Origin: Actinomycetes bacterium
Lineage (GTDB): Bacteria; Actinomycetota; Acidimicrobiia; Acidimicrobiales; JAJZXF01
Direction: 5' to 3'
DNA: 64,000 nt
NCBI GenBank assembly: GCA_021791755.1
Contig: JAJYWA010000002.1
Coordinates: forward strand, 4,007 to 68,006
Of the stretch, positions 63,474 to 64,000 are shown piece by piece. A program made the position numbers and the translations under genes. The number at the start of each line of letters is the position of its first letter. Positions within the stretch are counted from its first letter, which is position 1. Under the pieces are notes generated by a model. The model was not told the origin of the DNA, made no database searches, and was given only the letters and a program-made list of their open reading frames with translations.

Positions 63474-63899
63474 ATGACCATGAAAACGCTGTCCAGACTG
63501 CTACAAGGCCTCGATTCGTTCGCCACGCCTCGTACTGCCCACGCTCACTGCGATCTCCCCTGCGGGGTGTACGACCCCGCACAGGCGCGCATCGAGGCCG
63601 AGTCCGTCAAGGCATGCATGGAAAAACACAACGCGTCAACAGACGACGTCTTCCGAGCCCGGGCCGTCACAATCAAGGAGCAGCGTGCCGAGCTGGTCAA
63701 GCACCATCTCTGGGTCCTTTGGACTGACTACTTCAAACCCGCTCACGCGGACAGCCATCCCGGTCTGCACGAGCTTTTCTGGAAGGCCACGAAGGCCGCC
63801 GGCCAGGCCAAGCAGACAAACGACGTGGCAGTTGCCGACGATCTTCTCAACCAGATCGGCGAGATCGATCGCATCTTCTGGGAGACCAAGAAGAGCTGA
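63474..63899 (+). CDS. sodN: Nickel-containing superoxide dismutase precursor
   Basis: AAGGAG at 63461 precedes the ATG at 63474. After the leader MTMKTLSRLLQGLDSFATPRTAHA comes HCDLPCGVYDPAQARIEAESVKA...KEQRAELVKHHLWVLWTDYFKP...IDRIFWETKK, which is the Ni-hook and the NiSOD fold. Confidence 0.95.
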   Translation: MTMKTLSRLLQGLDSFATPRTAHAHCDLPCGVYDPAQARIEAESVKACMEKHNASTDDVFRARAVTIKEQRAELVKHHLWVLWTDYFKPAHADSHPGLHELFWKATKAAGQAKQTNDVAVADDLLNQIGEIDRIFWETKKS

Positions 63900-64000
63900 C
63901 GGCGACCAGCCTGGGTGCTGCCCGCGTAGTGCCATAAACCAGCAATTCGTTGCTATCAGGCGAACCGCGTGCAACAACCAGGCATGGCCCGGCTATCACA

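Overview
High-GC actinobacterial-type chromosomal backbone (the lineage is inferred from gene order and protein families). It is mostly housekeeping and mostly on the minus strand. The ORF track shows GTG and TTG starts as M; I confirmed this at infB (TTG) and at the PHP-kinase ORF (GTG).

Gene order, left to right:
- pnp (partial)-rpsO-ribF-[rbfA+truB in one ORF]-infB-ylxR-nusA
- a ~950 bp ORF-free stretch carrying a leftward intrinsic terminator
- tRNA-Gly(UCC) followed by a small toxin-antitoxin islet
- an ECF sigma with a fused membrane tail, an Mkl-type ABC ATPase, and an SSB paralogue
- two translationally coupled giant secreted repeat proteins (16.3-24.8 kb)
- an O-methyltransferase, a PHP-PdtaS kinase ORF opposite a WhiB1-like gene, and a GDPD
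- ackA-xfp, with xfp frameshifted
- a P450, rdgB-rph-MBL-murI, and a GT-C membrane protein
- an SGNH hydrolase carrying the same ~40-aa repeat as the giant proteins
- miaA-miaB-rne, pbp2-mreD-mreC-mreB-ndk, and folC-clpX-clpP-tig
- a GH26+lectin protein, a decayed accessory patch (60.9-63.4 kb), and sodN at the right edge

I recognised no rRNA, CRISPR array, transposase or integrase.

Most notable observations:
- the giant Cys-pair propeller proteins and the unnamed GYWLVASDGGIFSFGDAxFYGS repeat, which occurs in three genes
- a (TC)9 tract in the 5' end of the larger giant gene
- a repeat-dense intergenic region with an 11-copy 10-bp array
- three in-frame 'fusions' of normally separate genes plus one single-base frameshift; these are either real biology or indel errors and need read-level checking
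- an unassigned, structured non-coding region next to tRNA-Gly

All family assignments come from reading motifs by eye. No database search was run.
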